NCBI GenBank assembly: GCA_963666275.2
Contig: CAXXOA010000003.1
Coordinates: forward strand, 128,001 to 192,000
Direction: 5' to 3'
DNA from: Oceanispirochaeta sp.
GTDB taxonomy: Bacteria > Spirochaetota > Spirochaetia > DSM-2461
DNA length: 64,000 nt
Shown: positions 41,763-52,057 of the stretch, piece after piece
Position numbering within the stretch: position 1 is the stretch's first letter
Layout of the letters: every line of letters starts with the position of its first letter
Made by a program: the position numbers and the translations under genes
Notes under the pieces: model-generated
What the model saw: the letters and a program-made list of their open reading frames with translations, nothing else
Databases searched by the model: none
What the model was told of the DNA's origin: nothing

Positions 41763-42878
41763 TTGCCCAAGCCGATTATGACATCTCTGGAGGGCTCTTT
41801 TGCCCGTTTTACCATTATAAACAGGGTCCCCGGTATCTTGGCGGACATGATTGCCGGCAATTCCTTCCCCCCGGAAGTGGAGAAGGAGCTGAAAGATCTG
41901 GAAAACTCACTTCCCGAAGGAGATCTGGTTCCTCTGAAGGAGGATTCTCCCTATGCGGAAGAGATCAACCGGACCCTGCGGGAGAACCCCGGTTACAACT
42001 GGCTGAACGGTCCCTTTCTTTTTCTTGAAAACTACCTGTATCACCGGATTTCCCAGATTTGCGGTTATGATATCCAGGGCAGGGACTATTTCCTTTATAG
42101 GAAGGAAGCCGAGGCGCGCCGGGGGCTGGTAAAGTTTAAAGAGAATCTGAAGACTCTCCCGGGACTGGACAGCTTTGCCCGGGTCTGCCTGCTCAACCTG
42201 ATGGGGAACAAGGCCGATCTGAGCCAGAACGGTTCCTATTACTCTTCCGATGCGTCCTTTGATCTGCTGATCGATTCCCGCTGTGAGGCGGAAAAAATCC
42301 TGGAGAAAGCTTTCCGGGTGGATATCGTTCTGGACAACGCGGGGGAGGAGCTCTTTTTCGATCTTCTCATGGCTCACTGGCTCCTGAGCCGCAGCACTGT
42401 GGAAAAGGTAAAGCTCCATTTTAAAAGTATGCCCTATTTTGTGTCGGATGCTCTGATCAGCGATTACAGGATGCTCCTGGATCTTCTGTCGGAACAGGAG
42501 GAGACCTCCCGGTTCAGCCGGGATCTGGAGCGTTTTGAAAAAGAGGGGAAGCTGGAACTGGGTGCCCATCCCTTTTTTGCCGGGGGCGGTCTCTATTCCC
42601 GTATGCCCGATGATCTTTCAAAGGAGTTCTCCCGGTCGGACCTGGTGATCTTCAAGGGAGACCTGAACTACCGGCGGCTGGTGGGAGACGATATGCTGGA
42701 TTATGAAACCCCCACGTCCTCCCTGGTAGACTACTTTCCCGCAGATATTCTAATCTGCCGGATTCTGAAGTGCGAACTTGTGGTGGGACTGACCCCGGAG
42801 GTGATTCCCCACAGGGATAAAACAGAGTGGATGTTCAACGGAAAGTACGGGCTTATTGAGCTTGTGCCCTCCCGCTAG
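41763..42878 (+). CDS. Damage-control phosphatase, ARMT1/DUF89 family
   Basis: GNKADLS, DNAGEEL, FKGDLNYRRL. Confidence 0.88.
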   Translation: MPKPIMTSLEGSFARFTIINRVPGILADMIAGNSFPPEVEKELKDLENSLPEGDLVPLKEDSPYAEEINRTLRENPGYNWLNGPFLFLENYLYHRISQICGYDIQGRDYFLYRKEAEARRGLVKFKENLKTLPGLDSFARVCLLNLMGNKADLSQNGSYYSSDASFDLLIDSRCEAEKILEKAFRVDIVLDNAGEELFFDLLMAHWLLSRSTVEKVKLHFKSMPYFVSDALISDYRMLLDLLSEQEETSRFSRDLERFEKEGKLELGAHPFFAGGGLYSRMPDDLSKEFSRSDLVIFKGDLNYRRLVGDDMLDYETPTSSLVDYFPADILICRILKCELVVGLTPEVIPHRDKTEWMFNGKYGLIELVPSR

Positions 42879-43085
42879 GCCAGCAGTCCTTCCCCCAGGA
42901 TCTCCTGTCTGGCATCCCTGACCATCCTGTAGGCTTTCGAGGCAACACGCATGTCAGCGGCCGAGGGGTTTCCCGGTGCCAGGGCTGCTGTGAGGATAGA
43001 GTTTGCCTTGCTGAGAGTACTGCGGGGATCTCCCGGGACAGGGCTCATATCAACCTTGATTCCTCCCCCCACCGCATAATTGGAA
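42875..43085 (-). pseudogene. C-terminal fragment of an SprA-related (CJM1_0395-like) protein
   Basis: NYAVGGGIKVDMSPVPGDPRSTLSKA..AALAPGNPSAADMRVA; no N-terminal HExxH half; frame closed upstream by the TGA at 43109. Confidence 0.55.
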
Positions 43086-43108
43086 TATAACTCTGTAAAG
43101 GGCGGGAT

Positions 43109-43741
43109 TCAATGTGAAATGGACTCCTGTGGGACTTTCTTTGCCTGTGTCTGGGTGGTTCTGGATTTTTTTTTGCCCGGCTGATCCCATTGCAGAGTGA
43201 TATGCCGGATCTCATGGCTTTCGATAATCCGGTCCTGATTGGAATCGATGAAGAGGGAGAGATAGACCTTCCGGGGGTGCTCCTGCCGGCCCTCAATGGT
43301 CTGGAATCCCAGAATATTCAGAGTCGCTCCGTTCTGCCTGTTGATCCTTCTATCCGGGCTCATGTAGTTGTGGGTGCCCTCCCGATTGAGGGAGAGGTAA
43401 TAGGCCCTGTCTTTGTTCTCGTACATGGCCAGTCCCGTGGCCGGGGCAAACATCACCGTGTCGGAGGTGCTGACGGGGTAGATGTAGCGGTGAAACATCT
43501 CATCCGTAGGATAGGCAAAAATGGCCACCGCCACTTCCGGGGAGACGCCCTCTATGTCTATCTGAAAGGGCCGGTCCTGCAGGGGATAGTTCCCCGCATC
43601 GGGCAGGATCTCCCGGTTGTCCTGGAGAATGGAAAGGGTAAAATCCGACCGGTCCTCCTGTGAGCTCAGGGGCAGGAGAGTTCCTGTCAGCAGGAATAGG
43701 AAAAAAAGAATCTGTGAACTGTTCAATTCTCCTCCCTCCAT
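43109..43741 (-). CDS. Hypothetical exported protein
   Basis: Hydrophobic signal-like N-terminus; true start may be the TTG a few codons in, after GGAGGGAGGAG. Confidence 0.6.
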   Translation of the reverse strand: MEGGELNSSQILFFLFLLTGTLLPLSSQEDRSDFTLSILQDNREILPDAGNYPLQDRPFQIDIEGVSPEVAVAIFAYPTDEMFHRYIYPVSTSDTVMFAPATGLAMYENKDRAYYLSLNREGTHNYMSPDRRINRQNGATLNILGFQTIEGRQEHPRKVYLSLFIDSNQDRIIESHEIRHITLQWDQPGKKKSRTTQTQAKKVPQESISH

Positions 43742-43928
43742 TGCATCTTCAGGTCCGATGCCGGATCCATGCTTAAGATCTCAATCATTTCTCTGTACTC
43801 AAGGAGTTTGTGCCCGGCTATCTGCTTATCCACACCTTACAGTTATGTTCAGTTCTATGTCCAGTCAAAGAACTGAATCGGTTCTTTGATATGTTCAGGA
43901 ACCTTTCCGGTTCCTGTTGAAGCCTGTG

Positions 43929-44393
43929 CTATGGATTTACAGGGATATAATAGGTTGTAAACCGGCGGCCTTCCATTTCTGTGGCGGTCACCCGGGAGGC
44001 CATTTTTTCCAGAGCCCTGTAGGCGGGACGGGAATCAAGCAGGTGAAACAGGACCTCCCTGTGTCCCAGCTCCTGCGCCCAGCTCATAAGATCCTTGAAA
44101 ATGGCCAGGCCGGTTCCCCAGAACTTTGAAGAGATCACAATGGCCAGTTCAAATCCCAGTTCATCCGGCTGGATGCCGCACCATCCTGCCAGTTCTCCCC
44201 GGACTGTCACCGCCCTGACCCGGCAGCCCGGAGTCTCATCGATCCGAGTCTTCTCTTCCATCCACTGGCGGGCGGCGGGGACATCAAAAACAGGATATTC
44301 CATTAAATGGGTTCTCAGAGAGTCTTCATTCATCAGAGCCATCATTCTCTCAGGGGCGACATCCTGAAGACGGATGTATTCAATGCGTTTCAT
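43929..44393 (-). CDS. GNAT-family N-acetyltransferase
   Basis: Start MKRIEY after GAGG; AGWCGIQ and FWGTG motifs. Confidence 0.78.
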   Translation of the reverse strand: MKRIEYIRLQDVAPERMMALMNEDSLRTHLMEYPVFDVPAARQWMEEKTRIDETPGCRVRAVTVRGELAGWCGIQPDELGFELAIVISSKFWGTGLAIFKDLMSWAQELGHREVLFHLLDSRPAYRALEKMASRVTATEMEGRRFTTYYIPVNP

Positions 44394-44768
44394 CCAGTCC
44401 AACCTCAATTTTTGTATTTTCGGGTACTCCGGAATTCCATTGTAGGCGAGTCCGTCTTCTAAAGCCAGTCCTGTCTCAAAAAAGGGAATTTGACTTTTGC
44501 CTCCGTTCTTCTTAAGTTTATAAAAAGAGAACAATAGATATGTTTTTTATTCTTTTCAAAGTCCATACCTCAAATGATTTATTCAAAAGCCGAAAAATAG
44601 ATTTCGTTTTTTTTTAATCCGGCCGCTCAGGGGCTGGAAGGCGAGTCATCCCTTTTCATTCCCTCTTTTATCCTGTTCCGGTTCATCCCCTATGGGGATA
44701 GTTTTACTGTTATGCCGGAGCGGCAGCGGTCTGTTTTATTCAAATATATTTTTTAAGGAGAGTTTATT

Positions 44769-45191
44769 ATGTTACGAAAAGCTTCAGCTGTCTGGAAAGG
44801 TTCCATCAAAGAAGGAAAAGGTTCAGTTAAAACAGAAACCGGTCTTCTGGATGCGCCCTATTCATTTACATCCCGCTTTGAGAGCGGTAAAGGGACAAAT
44901 CCGGAAGAGCTTATCGGGGCCGCCCATGCGGGTTGTTTTTCCATGGCCCTAAGCCTGATGCTGGGTGAGGCTGGATTCGAACCTCAGGAGATCAGCACCA
45001 CCGCAGAAGTAAAAATTGAAAAAGACGGTGACGGATTTACCATCACCGGTATAAAGCTGCTCACGGAGGCCGTGGTTCCGGGAATCGACAGGGACACTTT
45101 TGTGAAACATGCGGAAGAGGCCAAGGCGGGCTGTCCCGTGTCACGGGCTTTACAGGGAACCGAAATATCCCTTGAGGCAAAATTACAATAA
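44769..45191 (+). CDS. osmC: OsmC-family peroxiredoxin
   Basis: GTNPEELIGAAHAGCFSMAL and CPVSRAL. Confidence 0.93.
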   Translation: MLRKASAVWKGSIKEGKGSVKTETGLLDAPYSFTSRFESGKGTNPEELIGAAHAGCFSMALSLMLGEAGFEPQEISTTAEVKIEKDGDGFTITGIKLLTEAVVPGIDRDTFVKHAEEAKAGCPVSRALQGTEISLEAKLQ

Positions 45192-45222
45192 TTGTTCTGA
45201 GACTGCTATAAAGGAGTAAAAA

Positions 45223-45732
45223 ATGGGAGAACGTGGAAAAAGTATTCTGAATCTCGACACAGACAAACTTCTGTCTATGCTCAATTCCGCATTGGCAGAA
45301 GAGTGGCTGGCCTACTATCAGTACTGGATAGGAGCGCGGGTTATGGAAGGGCCCATGCGGGGGGATATTGAGAAGGAGCTGCTGCTCCATGCGAATCAGG
45401 AGCTGAACCATGCTGTGATGGTCTCCGAAAGGATCATCCAGCTGGGAGGCACTCCTGTATTGAGCCCTGATGAATGGAGCGCTCTGAGCCATTGCACCTA
45501 TCAGAAGCCGGAGGATCCCTATATTGAAGAGGTGCTGAAACAGAATCTCAACGGGGAACAGTGTGCCATTGAAACCTATGACCGGCTGGCAAAGTTTACC
45601 AGCGGAGAAGATGTGGCTACCTATGATATGGCGGTATTCATTCTCAAGGAAGAGCTTGAGCACGAACAGGACATCGAAGACTGGCTGACAGATATCAGGT
45701 CAATCAAAGAGAATTTCAGGAAAATGAAATGA
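45223..45732 (+). CDS. Ferritin-like protein (DpsL / bacterioferritin-related)
   Basis: EEWLAYYQYW, ELNHA, EQCAI, EELEHEQD. Confidence 0.88.
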   Translation: MGERGKSILNLDTDKLLSMLNSALAEEWLAYYQYWIGARVMEGPMRGDIEKELLLHANQELNHAVMVSERIIQLGGTPVLSPDEWSALSHCTYQKPEDPYIEEVLKQNLNGEQCAIETYDRLAKFTSGEDVATYDMAVFILKEELEHEQDIEDWLTDIRSIKENFRKMK

Positions 45733-45864
45733 CAGGAGCCTGTCCTCCGGGCGGAGGTTCCTGAAGCCGTTTGGGGATTTCTGCCCGGTCACATCTTCTG
45801 CCTGTAAAGACAGGCGGGAGAAGGCCGATCCTTTTCCCTGCCCCGGAGAGAGGACAGTTGTACT

Positions 45865-46119
45865 ATGAAAGATAAAACCATACTCCGCAAACTGCTCTGG
45901 AAAGAGTTCAAATACCTTTTGCTCTTTATAGGTCTGGGACTGTTTCTTATTGTTTTTAATCCTGATGTGGGCTCATGGAAGTATCCCCTGGGTTTTACAC
46001 AGGAGGTAAGGGAAGTTCTCAGGGCTGTGGGGTACGGTATCCTTATTGCGGGCTATCCCGTCTTTTTACTGACACGGATTTTTGCCTCCCTTATATTAAA
46101 ACTGATCAGACGTTTATAA
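45865..46119 (+). CDS. Small two-TM hypothetical protein
   Basis: AGAGGA RBS and two hydrophobic segments. Confidence 0.55.
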   Translation: MKDKTILRKLLWKEFKYLLLFIGLGLFLIVFNPDVGSWKYPLGFTQEVREVLRAVGYGILIAGYPVFLLTRIFASLILKLIRRL

Positions 46120-46439
46120 TCACTCTTTCAGAATCCCCCGGTTTCTTATGCTGTAGTTCACAAAGGATTTATCCAGCAGGAAAAGGATAGCAATCAGGAC
46201 ATGGCAGGTTCCCCCCAGGATCAGCCAGCCTATGATGCCGATCAGATGGGTTACCGGTATGGCAATGGTGAGCCCCAGGGGGATCATAAGCTGCGACAGG
46301 GCTGAACTCCCATATAGATGGCGAACTGGGTAATGCCGCTGCCGAAGAGGCTCAGGAACTGGCCGACCCAGAGGGGCAGGGTGTTGGTTTTCCAGTTTTC
46401 TTTTATATCTGTGACGCCCGGGGGTAAACGCGATTTCAG
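46120..46439 (-). pseudogene. Internally deleted MFS (Mef/DHA3-like) transporter remnant
   Basis: TM1-like ENWKTNTLPLWVGQFLSLFGSGITQFAIY joined out of frame near 46312 to a TM11-12-like LMIPLGLTIAIPVTHLIGIIGWLILGG...KE stop. Confidence 0.65.
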
Positions 46440-46646
46440 ATTTGCGACTCCTCAGTGTATTTCTCCGATTTTCCTCAGAGAGTCAGCGGATACTGTCCCT
46501 GTCTGTAGATTTTTATCCGGAATCCGGACAGGGCCAATCCAATCTCCATTGGAAACGAGGATTCTCTATTTGTGGCTTTTTTATTATAGGGAGAAGAGAC
46601 TCAGGATAGAGAGGAGGTAAGGAAACCGGATTCCTTTTCGACAGGT

Positions 46647-46985
46647 TCAGTTTGCCGCCAGAAGGGTTATGAGAACATTGAAATTGGCGGAGTCGTATTT
46701 TTTGAGATACTTTTTTGTCCGGATACCCGCATCATAGACATCTTTTACAACCAGGTTGACCGCAGAGAGGACTTCCCTGTTGTTGATGGACCGGACAATA
46801 TCAATCATCTTTTCGGGTTCCCTGTTTTCCGCCATGCGCCGTCTCATCCGGGTCAGATGGTCATTCCGCAGATTGTCCGGCAGGGTTTCCAGATCGGAAA
46901 GCCAGTTCATCAGCTCCTGAGAGTCTACGGCGGCATCGATAAAGTCTATAACATTCTGATAGGGGTTATTGTTGATCAGTTTCAT
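46647..46985 (-). CDS. Hypothetical protein
   Basis: Start MKLINN after AAGGGA; follows the DUF58 gene. Confidence 0.65.
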   Translation of the reverse strand: MKLINNNPYQNVIDFIDAAVDSQELMNWLSDLETLPDNLRNDHLTRMRRRMAENREPEKMIDIVRSINNREVLSAVNLVVKDVYDAGIRTKKYLKKYDSANFNVLITLLAAN

Positions 46986-47098
46986 TGGTATTCCCTTATT
47001 TTCAGTATACCGCAGGTTGAGGGGGATATCCGGGTTTTTCCCGGGAAGTTCGGAGAAACCGGATCCTTCCGGGGCAGATGAGTTCACATCTCTCATCC

Positions 47099-48421
47099 CT
47101 AAACCCGATTGGACGCCTTGATTTCCAGATACTGGTCGACCAGCCTGGCCGTGACCATTTCGGGAAGAATATCCAGAACTTTGATTCCCCTGTGTTTAAG
47201 TCTGGTTATGGACTGATTCCTTTTCAGGATCATGGACCTGGCCGCTGTTATAGAATAGATATCCAGTAGATTTTCCGACTCCCTTTCGGCTTCTTCCTGC
47301 AGTATCTTATCTCTTAATAAAATAAACAGGAAGGCATGTTTTTTGGACAGTAGAGATAAGTTTTTCCTGAACAGGGAGTAGTTTATATCATCTATGATAT
47401 CGGAAATAAAAATAACGATGGATCTCTTATTGATATTCCCGAACAGGTAGTTGAAGACAAGGGAATAGTTTGATTCCACGAACTCCGCCTGAACCGGAGA
47501 GATGAACCTGATGATATTCTGCATGGGATTTTTGTGGCCAGTTGCGGTGAAGTCCCCGATAATGCGGTCAGAAAAGGGGATGATCCGAATGCGGTCACCC
47601 ATGGAAATCGTGACATAAGAGAGAACGAGAAGAGCGTTTATGGCCAGATCAATGGAGGAAAAACGCCCTTCTTCAGATGTCATGAGCCGCCCGCAGTCCA
47701 GGACGAATACCACATCATTCATACTTTCCATCTGGTATACCCGGGAGATTGGTCTGTTCATCCTGGCCGATGCCTTCCAGTCGATGAATCTGGAATCATC
47801 GTCTTTGCTGTATTCGCGAAGAGACTCCAGCTCCGTTCCCCGCCCCTTATAGCGGTTTTTATGAATCCCCATTTCAAAGAGCCGGTTGTTACGGGCCATG
47901 CGAAAGTACTCTTTCAGTTCCCAGATATCGGGATAGACATCCAGTGTGACGGCAAGGGACTCCTTACAGTAAAGGTGAAACAGTTTCCGGGGACTGGAAA
48001 TCCTTATATTCATGGTATCCAGAGTGTATCTGCCTCTCCTTTTCGGATGAAGCACAAAGGGAATGGTTTGAGTCTCTCCCTTTTGTATTTCCACGTTCAC
48101 CATTCCCTCATCCTGAGTCCAGAAACGGGGAAGGTCTAAAAGCATCTCCGCCTGTATGGCAAGGCTGCCCGTATTGTTCATCTCAAAAAGGACATCAGAT
48201 TTCCGGTCTATATAAAATTGAAACCGGTCGTTCACTGAGAGCTTATAGTCCATTTTCCTGAGCATTAAATGCACTTCATAAAGGCAGAGCAACAGGAGTA
48301 TAAGGTCGAAAAGGAGAGCCAGTTTCAACAGCGCCGGAAACACAATTCCAAGCATCGTAACAGCCATAGGTATGAGGCAGATTTTAAGCAGAGTCACCGT
48401 AGGGACGAAAAACCGTCTCAT
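47099..48421 (-). CDS. DUF58 (vWA-like) protein
   Basis: GTELESLREY..DDSRFIDWKASAR and LDCGRLM. Confidence 0.9.
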   Translation of the reverse strand: MRRFFVPTVTLLKICLIPMAVTMLGIVFPALLKLALLFDLILLLLCLYEVHLMLRKMDYKLSVNDRFQFYIDRKSDVLFEMNNTGSLAIQAEMLLDLPRFWTQDEGMVNVEIQKGETQTIPFVLHPKRRGRYTLDTMNIRISSPRKLFHLYCKESLAVTLDVYPDIWELKEYFRMARNNRLFEMGIHKNRYKGRGTELESLREYSKDDDSRFIDWKASARMNRPISRVYQMESMNDVVFVLDCGRLMTSEEGRFSSIDLAINALLVLSYVTISMGDRIRIIPFSDRIIGDFTATGHKNPMQNIIRFISPVQAEFVESNYSLVFNYLFGNINKRSIVIFISDIIDDINYSLFRKNLSLLSKKHAFLFILLRDKILQEEAERESENLLDIYSITAARSMILKRNQSITRLKHRGIKVLDILPEMVTARLVDQYLEIKASNRV

Positions 48422-49398
48422 CTCGGGACTTCCACCTTGTCGATAATACTCCTTAAGAGCTCATCGGGGTTGATGTTCTCCATCACGGCTTCCACCTCGA
48501 GTATCATCCTGTGCCTCAGAACAGGATAGGCAATTTCCTTCACATCATCGGGTATGACATAATCGCGGCCCGACAGGACGGCCATTACTCTGGCGCCCTT
48601 GAACAGATCCACGGAACCTCTGGGGGACGACCCGACTTCAATTCCGGGATAGTCTCTTGTGGCCGTGACAAGATTTGTTATGTAGTCAATAATCCTGTCG
48701 TCTACCGTGACTGTTTCCATTAATGTTTTGATCCTTCGGAGCATCTCTTTATCAACTACCGTCTTGAGATCGGCCTTCTGCAGTTTCGCCGCATCAAATC
48801 CGGCTCTGTAGTTTTTTAAAAGGTCCCGTTCTTCGCTCAGGCTGGGGTAATCTATCAGGATTTTCATAAAAAACCTGTCGATCTGGGCCTCCGGCAGGGG
48901 ATAGGTTCCTTCCATTTCAATGGGATTCTGCGTGGCGATGCAGATAAAGTAATCCTCCAGGGAATAGTCCGTTCCGTCCAGTGTAACCTGTTTTTCCTGC
49001 ATGACCTGCAGCAGGGCAGACTGAGTTTTAGCCGGAGACCGGTTCACCTCGTCAGCCAGAAGGACATTGCAGAATACAGGCCCCTTGCGGATGGAAAAGT
49101 CCTTAAGCTCTGCGTTATAGACAGTCGTTCCGATAATATCGGAAGGCATCAGGTCGGGAGTGAACTGGATCCGTTTATACTCCCCGGCAATAATGCGGGA
49201 AAGGCTGCCGGCCAGCAGGGATTTTCCCAGTCCGGGAATCCCTTCTATCAGAACATGCCCTCCGGCAAAAAGAGCCAGGAGTATATTTTCAACCACCCTC
49301 TCCTGTCCGACAATGACCTTGGACAGTTCTTTTTTCAAACTCTCATGGATGGCAACCACTTCATTGATTTCAAGATCGCGTTCTGTTTCAGGGCTCAT
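48418..49398 (-). CDS. moxR: MoxR-family AAA+ ATPase
   Basis: Start MSPETE after AGAGGAG; RIQFTPDLMPSD, DEVNR, ATQNPIEMEGTYPLPEAQIDRF. Confidence 0.93.
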   Translation of the reverse strand: MSPETERDLEINEVVAIHESLKKELSKVIVGQERVVENILLALFAGGHVLIEGIPGLGKSLLAGSLSRIIAGEYKRIQFTPDLMPSDIIGTTVYNAELKDFSIRKGPVFCNVLLADEVNRSPAKTQSALLQVMQEKQVTLDGTDYSLEDYFICIATQNPIEMEGTYPLPEAQIDRFFMKILIDYPSLSEERDLLKNYRAGFDAAKLQKADLKTVVDKEMLRRIKTLMETVTVDDRIIDYITNLVTATRDYPGIEVGSSPRGSVDLFKGARVMAVLSGRDYVIPDDVKEIAYPVLRHRMILEVEAVMENINPDELLRSIIDKVEVPR

Positions 49399-50464
49399 AT
49401 TTTCTCCTCTTGTCCAGGAGCTTTTCAAGTTCCCGGCGTTTTTTAAATCTGCGGAAGATCTCGTCTTCTGTAATATCCTTATGTTCATATCCCAGATCTG
49501 AATAATCCTTTTCAGAAATGTCTGGGGGCTTCCTGTTCCAACAGGAAATAATTCTGAAATAACTGCAGTCTACGGTTTCCACGATTTCACTGGCATTCGC
49601 CTTCTGAAAAAAAAGTCCCACAGCCCTTGTATGCTCCGTGACCTTCCGCATCTTCTTCCCTTCCAGCAGTTCGGGCCTGGCAAAGCGTTTTCCAAGGATC
49701 ATGACGGAAAGTGCGAACAGGATGGCAATCTGGAAAAATATATAGGCGCCCTTTTCCTGAAGGAGTCCTTTGAGTAGAGATACATCGTACAGGGCTTCAG
49801 GGCTTCTCTCCCGCATGTTGAGGGGCTGGCCCTTCATATTGGAAAAAAGATCATCCAGCATCAGGGCATTCTGAAGATTATGCATGTTCCGGTTATTGAA
49901 AAGAGATCTGTCGGCTACATAAAGCACCCGGCCCGAGCCGACTGCGGATTCCGCCACCACAGCCCCTTCCGAGGTTCTGAAATGGACCTTGTACCGGTCC
50001 AGCTTTTCCATCACCGGATCATCAAACCAGGCTGTGACAGTCAAGGGCTCCCTGTAGGGCTGTTTATTGTATAGATCTCTGACTACAAGGGGCTCTCCAT
50101 ATTGTAGAGCCTCTTCGTCCATCAGCAGGGAGATGCTGTCACCGATGAGGACAAGGGTATTCCCTTCGGTCAGCCAGGAGATATATTTTTCTCTTTCAAA
50201 ACCCTGCTCGGGAGCCGTCACATAGATAACGGTTGATTTCCCGGCCTTTGGAATTTTATATCTTTTTTCAAACTGAACATTGTGGTCCAGTTCTTCCAGC
50301 AGTCTGTAAAAGACATAGTATCCGTTGTCGAATTTGTTTTTATACAGCATGCTTCCCGGCAGGACGCCCCGGTATCCGGAGGCCGCCACTGCCAGGAATA
50401 CCAGAATCAGAAACAGGGAGAGTACGGCAAGAAGTCTGATGGGATGAACTTTATTCTGCTGCAT
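49388..50464 (-). CDS. DUF4350-like protein
   Basis: N- and C-terminal TM segments, GSGRVLYVAD..FNN; operon position. Confidence 0.7.
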   Translation of the reverse strand: MQQNKVHPIRLLAVLSLFLILVFLAVAASGYRGVLPGSMLYKNKFDNGYYVFYRLLEELDHNVQFEKRYKIPKAGKSTVIYVTAPEQGFEREKYISWLTEGNTLVLIGDSISLLMDEEALQYGEPLVVRDLYNKQPYREPLTVTAWFDDPVMEKLDRYKVHFRTSEGAVVAESAVGSGRVLYVADRSLFNNRNMHNLQNALMLDDLFSNMKGQPLNMRERSPEALYDVSLLKGLLQEKGAYIFFQIAILFALSVMILGKRFARPELLEGKKMRKVTEHTRAVGLFFQKANASEIVETVDCSYFRIISCWNRKPPDISEKDYSDLGYEHKDITEDEIFRRFKKRRELEKLLDKRRKYEP

Positions 50465-51083
50465 AAAAGGCCTCTGTAAACTGCTCTTCCAGATGAGTAT
50501 ACCTTAGGGAATCCGACTGATCTCCCCGAAACACGATCATCTCGGATGTCAGGGCGATCTCTTTGAAAGGGTTCAGCTTTGTACTGTTTTTCAATCGTCT
50601 GAAAATCTCTCTGTTGGTATAATCCCGCCCCTTTTCAAGGATCTTCGTATAGTAGAGATACTCATAGCTTCCCTTATGCAGTTCCAGTACTGCCCGGGAA
50701 TAATTTCCTTCTTCATAAAAAGCCCTGGCTCTCTGGAGGAAGTCGGTCTGTCCTTTCAGGAAGGCCTCTCTGTTTTCCGGCCCCGGTTTCTGCTGCGGGC
50801 GGAGAAAAATCAAGTCCTTCACAAGGAGTGTAATGAGCTTGTAGAGAATAAAGATGACCAGGGCGATAACACAGAGGAGGAAAATAATGCGATACAGCAG
50901 TCCCAGCCCGGCAAAAAACCTGAAAAAATTGATCAGGAAATCGGGTATCTCCCAGTTCAGAGGGGTGGGAGATTCCAGCTCCTCCAGTACAAGATCAAGC
51001 TTCTCCCTGACCAGATCGTTGTCTGCAGCCAGGAGGGTGAGGGGAACAACCATGTGAATGAGAGATAAAAGGTATTTTCTCAT
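50451..51083 (-). CDS. DUF4129-like protein
   Basis: Start MRKYLL; TNRE motif; operon position. Confidence 0.7.
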   Translation of the reverse strand: MRKYLLSLIHMVVPLTLLAADNDLVREKLDLVLEELESPTPLNWEIPDFLINFFRFFAGLGLLYRIIFLLCVIALVIFILYKLITLLVKDLIFLRPQQKPGPENREAFLKGQTDFLQRARAFYEEGNYSRAVLELHKGSYEYLYYTKILEKGRDYTNREIFRRLKNSTKLNPFKEIALTSEMIVFRGDQSDSLRYTHLEEQFTEAFYAAE

Positions 51084-52057
51084 TCCGATCTCTTCTGCCT
51101 GAGTGGCAGGATGACGAAATACAGCAGTACCAGAACGATGCTGACTATGGCCACTGCGACTTTCCAGGAATAGGGAATTTCCGCCGGAGATATATACCCC
51201 TCTATCATTGCCGCACAAAAGAGAAGGATGGCCGCTGTTCCCACAAGGAGCAGAATCTCATCGCGTTTGGCTTTCACTCCGTCCCAGGAGTAGAGTTTCC
51301 ATGATTTGAGCAGCGACATCCCCAGCATCAGACCTGCGGCTCCTGATATGGCTATGGCATTAAGCTCCAGAAAGGCATGGGCGGTCACAAACTCAAGCAG
51401 ATGATTTCCCATTCCCTGATTCACAAGATGAGCGAATATGGTTCCCAGAAAAACACCATTGTAGATAAGAAAGTAGACCGACCCCAGTCCCAGGAAGATC
51501 CCTGTTGAAAAACAGAGAAACGCAATGGAGGTATTGTGCTGGATATAATAGGCAGACATATGAGTCTGTTCTGCAGCGGTCCTTCCGGTTGCCGCCGATT
51601 CCCTGTACATCGTTTCAAGCTGCTCCACCACATTTTGCGAGAGGAATCTATAGACCATATCAGGCTGATAGAGTACAGAAATAAAAGAGGCTGCCGCGCT
51701 TCCCCAGAAGAGGAGCAACGCAATCAGGACAAAGGGGGCATTATCTATCAGCCCATGAGGCAGGAATCTCCTGAAGAATCTGGAAATATCAAGACGGGAG
51801 AGGGGTTTTACAAAATATAGATACGAGTGGGCCTGTCCTGTTATCCCATTCAGGTATTCAATCACATCGGGAGACAGATTGAGCATCCTTGCTTCCGCCA
51901 GGTCCTGGCAGCAGCTCCGATAGAGATCGGGAAAACAGGATATTTCATCGGTTGACAGTTTCCTTACCCCTTTTTTGGAGATTTTCTTAAGGATCTCTCT
52001 CAAGGAAGCCCAGCTCTCGCGTCTGGAATCGACAAAACGCTCGCTTTTAGTCTTCAT
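51080..52057 (-). CDS. Stage II sporulation protein M (DUF95) family membrane protein
   Basis: LYRSCCQDLA, YIQHN, HAFLEL, AAMIEGYISP. Confidence 0.88.
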   Translation of the reverse strand: MKTKSERFVDSRRESWASLREILKKISKKGVRKLSTDEISCFPDLYRSCCQDLAEARMLNLSPDVIEYLNGITGQAHSYLYFVKPLSRLDISRFFRRFLPHGLIDNAPFVLIALLLFWGSAAASFISVLYQPDMVYRFLSQNVVEQLETMYRESAATGRTAAEQTHMSAYYIQHNTSIAFLCFSTGIFLGLGSVYFLIYNGVFLGTIFAHLVNQGMGNHLLEFVTAHAFLELNAIAISGAAGLMLGMSLLKSWKLYSWDGVKAKRDEILLLVGTAAILLFCAAMIEGYISPAEIPYSWKVAVAIVSIVLVLLYFVILPLRQKRSE

